NCBI GenBank assembly: GCA_951406725.2
Contig: OX597823.1
Location: forward strand, 81,158,001 to 81,222,000
Direction of reading: 5' to 3'
Length of the DNA stretch: 64,000 bases
Source: Octopus vulgaris
Lineage: Eukaryota
A program made the position numbers and the translations under genes. The notes beneath the pieces are model-generated. The model saw only the letters and a list, made by a program, of their open reading frames with translations. It was not told where the DNA came from and did no database searches. The stretch's first letter is position 1. The number at the start of each line of letters is the position of its first letter. This document shows, piece by piece, positions 61,537 to 64,000 of this stretch.

Positions 61537-63102
61537 CAGTTGCGGCCAAAATGTTCAGAACGGCATTGTTTTCGTCAGAAAAGTAGGTATAAGTTTTTAT
61601 CAAAGTTGTTTTATATTCTATAATTTTCACAGACAATAAATACAATATTAATTGTTATTGTCCGAGATCTTGGTGTAATTTGAGAGGATAATACAAAAGT
61701 TATGGATGATTTAGTGATTTACTGCAAAGCCCATGTCGGCCAAAATGATCAGTACGGTTGAAAAAATAACAAAATAATCAAAAATGACAGAGAATACTGG
61801 AATTATTTAATATTTAGTGTGAAGCCCTTTAGCTTCAATCACACTCTGACATCTTCGACTGCATGAGGAAATTAAATTTTCAATTTCTTGCTGGGTGATC
61901 TTATTCCATTCTTCCTGAAGGGCATTCCATAATTGCTCAGTCTCCTAGAATATTCCACACATTTTCAATAGGATTGAGATCTGGGCTTTGAGCTGGCCAA
62001 TCCATAACAATAGCCTTTTCAGCCTTGAGGAAGTTCATGACCACCTTAGCCTTGTGACATGGGGCATTGTCCTGCATGAATATGGGTGGTCGCTTAGTTG
62101 AATTTCTCAGCACAGGCAAGACATGATCTTTTACAAGTTGTTTATAAACTCCTGCATTTAACTTTCCATGTAATCGCACCAAAAGGCCCACACCATCTCC
62201 AGATATCATTCCCCAAACCATGACACTTCCTCCACCGAATTTAACACTAGTCTTAAGGCATTTAGGCAACAATTTTTCACCTACTTTTCTACGAACGTAC
62301 CTTTTCCCATCTGAGTCAAATAGCATAAACTTAGATTCATCACTGAAATGTACCGTTTGCCATTTTTCTTGAGACCACAACACATGTTCGGTTGCAAAGG
62401 TAAGACGACACTTTTTATTCTTGGAGCTGATCAGTGGCTTCACTGCAGGTGCTCTTACTTGTAGGTCATGTTCAACTAAACGATGAGACAGTTTTTCGAG
62501 ATAAAGTTTTCTTCAATACAATGCTCATTTTCCGAGAAACAGCAGCAGCAGTTTTAAATCTGTCCTTTTTAACCAACTTTACCATAGCACGATCTTCTCT
62601 CTTGGTCGTTTTTCTTGGCCTACCTGTAAACTTTCTTGCTTCACACGAACCACAATCATCGTAGACCTTAAGAATACCGTGTACAACACTTTTTGACTTG
62701 TTAATCTTTGCAATAGATCCAATAATCTGCTGACGAATTGGTAACGGAGTAAGTGGCATTATATTAACAAAGTACACTGCAAATATTCTTACTAATGTTT
62801 AGTAAATGAACCATCACGTAAACAAATTCAAAACATTAGAGTTCGCCTGTTAAATATACTAAAACACGGAGTAAAAGCAACCGTTCTGATCATTTTGGCT
62901 GCCATGGGTTTTGCAGTAAATCACTAAATCATCCATAACTTTTGTATTATCCTCTCAAATTACACTAAAATCTCAGGCCACAACAAAAAAATATTGTATT
63001 TATTGTCTGTGAAATTTATAGAATATAAAACAACTTTGATAAAAAATCATATCTACTTTTCTGACGAAAACAATGCCGTTCTGAACATTTTGGCCGCAGC
63101 TG
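61537..63102 (-). mobile_element. Tc1-family DNA transposon, IR/DR type, 1566 bp, TA TSD, in an RNF intron
   Basis: TA|CAGTTGCGGCCAAAATGTTCAGAACGG ... CCGTTCTGAACATTTTGGCCGCAGCTG|TA; TIRs of about 224 bp, each with an inner direct repeat GCCAAAATGATCAG.ACGG. Confidence 0.96.
61807..62759 (-). pseudogene. Tc1 DD34E transposase, disrupted by two frameshifts
   Basis: MPLTPLPIRQQ...GRPRKTT...FSDESKF...MQDNAPCH-(34 aa)-SPDLNPIENVW...GLHTKY*; frame breaks near 62480 and 61940. Confidence 0.93.
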
Positions 63103-63120
63103 TATATATATATATTTTTG

Positions 63121-63632
63121 TGACCCCCTTCGATCATGAATGACCATGGGATTGCACCTAGAAAGTTACCCTCCGAGGCTCAAGTCCGGGCAAGGTTGTT
63201 TATGGAAGACCAGCAGTCGCCCACTCATACCAGCCTCCCCTCTCCATGCCACTGATGTTATCCAAGGGAAAGGCAAAGGCCGATACAGCTTGGTACCAGT
63301 GACGTCGCAGCTCATTTATTAACGTGCAAATGGCTGAGCACTCCACAAACACATGTACTCTTAACGTAGTTCTCAGGGAGATTCAGTATGACACAGAATG
63401 TGACATGGCTGCCCCTTTGAAATACAGGTACAACAGAAACAGGAAGAAAGAGTGAGAGAAAGTTGTGGTGAAAGAGTACAGCAGGGTTCAGCACCACCCC
63501 CTGCCGGAGCCTCGTGGAGCTTTAGGTGTTTTCGCTCAATAAACAAATACTCACAATGCCTGGTCTGGGAATTGAAACCACAATCATATGACCGCAAGTC
63601 TGCTGCCCTAACCACTGGGCCATTGCGCCTCC
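63121..63632 (-). mobile_element. Mosaic SINE: family D head, family F body, family E tail
   Basis: 63632-63435 resembles 25690-25875; 63430-63319 resembles 59415-59515; 63318-63121 resembles 55945-56145. Confidence 0.75.
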
Positions 63633-64000
63633 ACACACATATATATATATATATCTCACAGATACATCTCCAAACTATATTTTTAGTTTCTGCCTACCAA
63701 ATCCACTGACATGGCACTTTGGTCAGCCTAGGGGTATAGCTGGAAAACACTTGACCAAAGTGCTATGCAGTAGAGCTGAACCCAAAACTGTGTGATTGGC
63801 AAGCAAACTTTTAACACAAATAGCCAGGCCTGCATCTAAAATATTCACATTAGCAGAAAATTCAGTCAAAGGACATTGACAACACTAAAAGGAGTGTTTC
63901 AATTTTACACTAGAGAACACAAACATTAGTAGTTAAAGCCCAATTCAAACCTGATCAAATAGAGCAGAAGTACTCCAATGACAATTTGTTTTTTTTTTCA

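Noticed and set aside
1-64000. CRISPR arrays, operons, prokaryotic promoters or terminators
   Set aside because: The sequence is eukaryotic with spliceosomal introns; no regularly spaced repeat-spacer array was seen.

Overview
AT-rich, intron-rich eukaryotic DNA. The repeat landscape looks like a cephalopod (Octopus-like) genome; this is inferred from the repeat families, not proven. Almost all entries in the ORF track are spurious (microsatellite, SINE or chance). One host gene is supportable: the 3' five coding exons of a minus-strand RNF115/RNF126-type RING-H2 E3 ubiquitin ligase (60971 to 39564, all GT-AG and phase-consistent; 5' exons lie beyond the window). The rest is a dense transposon record: several tRNA-derived SINE families, RTE and CR1 LINE 3' fragments, a near full-length IR/DR Tc1 (DD34E) relic, a deleted rosa-like mariner, two non-autonomous Helitrons, TTAA (piggyBac-like) MITEs, a Merlin-like MITE and a 5S rRNA pseudogene. 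The most interesting signal is a set of type I hammerhead-ribozyme motifs (11.3, 16.6, 29.5, 31.9, 34.4 kb, plus a variant at 35.3 kb). Four of them sit in fold-back elements, including a decayed Penelope-like element bracketed by two outward-pointing ribozyme-bearing inverted repeats, and each fold-back family has its own self-complementary hexamer at helix III. Repeat boundaries were read by eye and are approximate unless a TSD or TIR is quoted.
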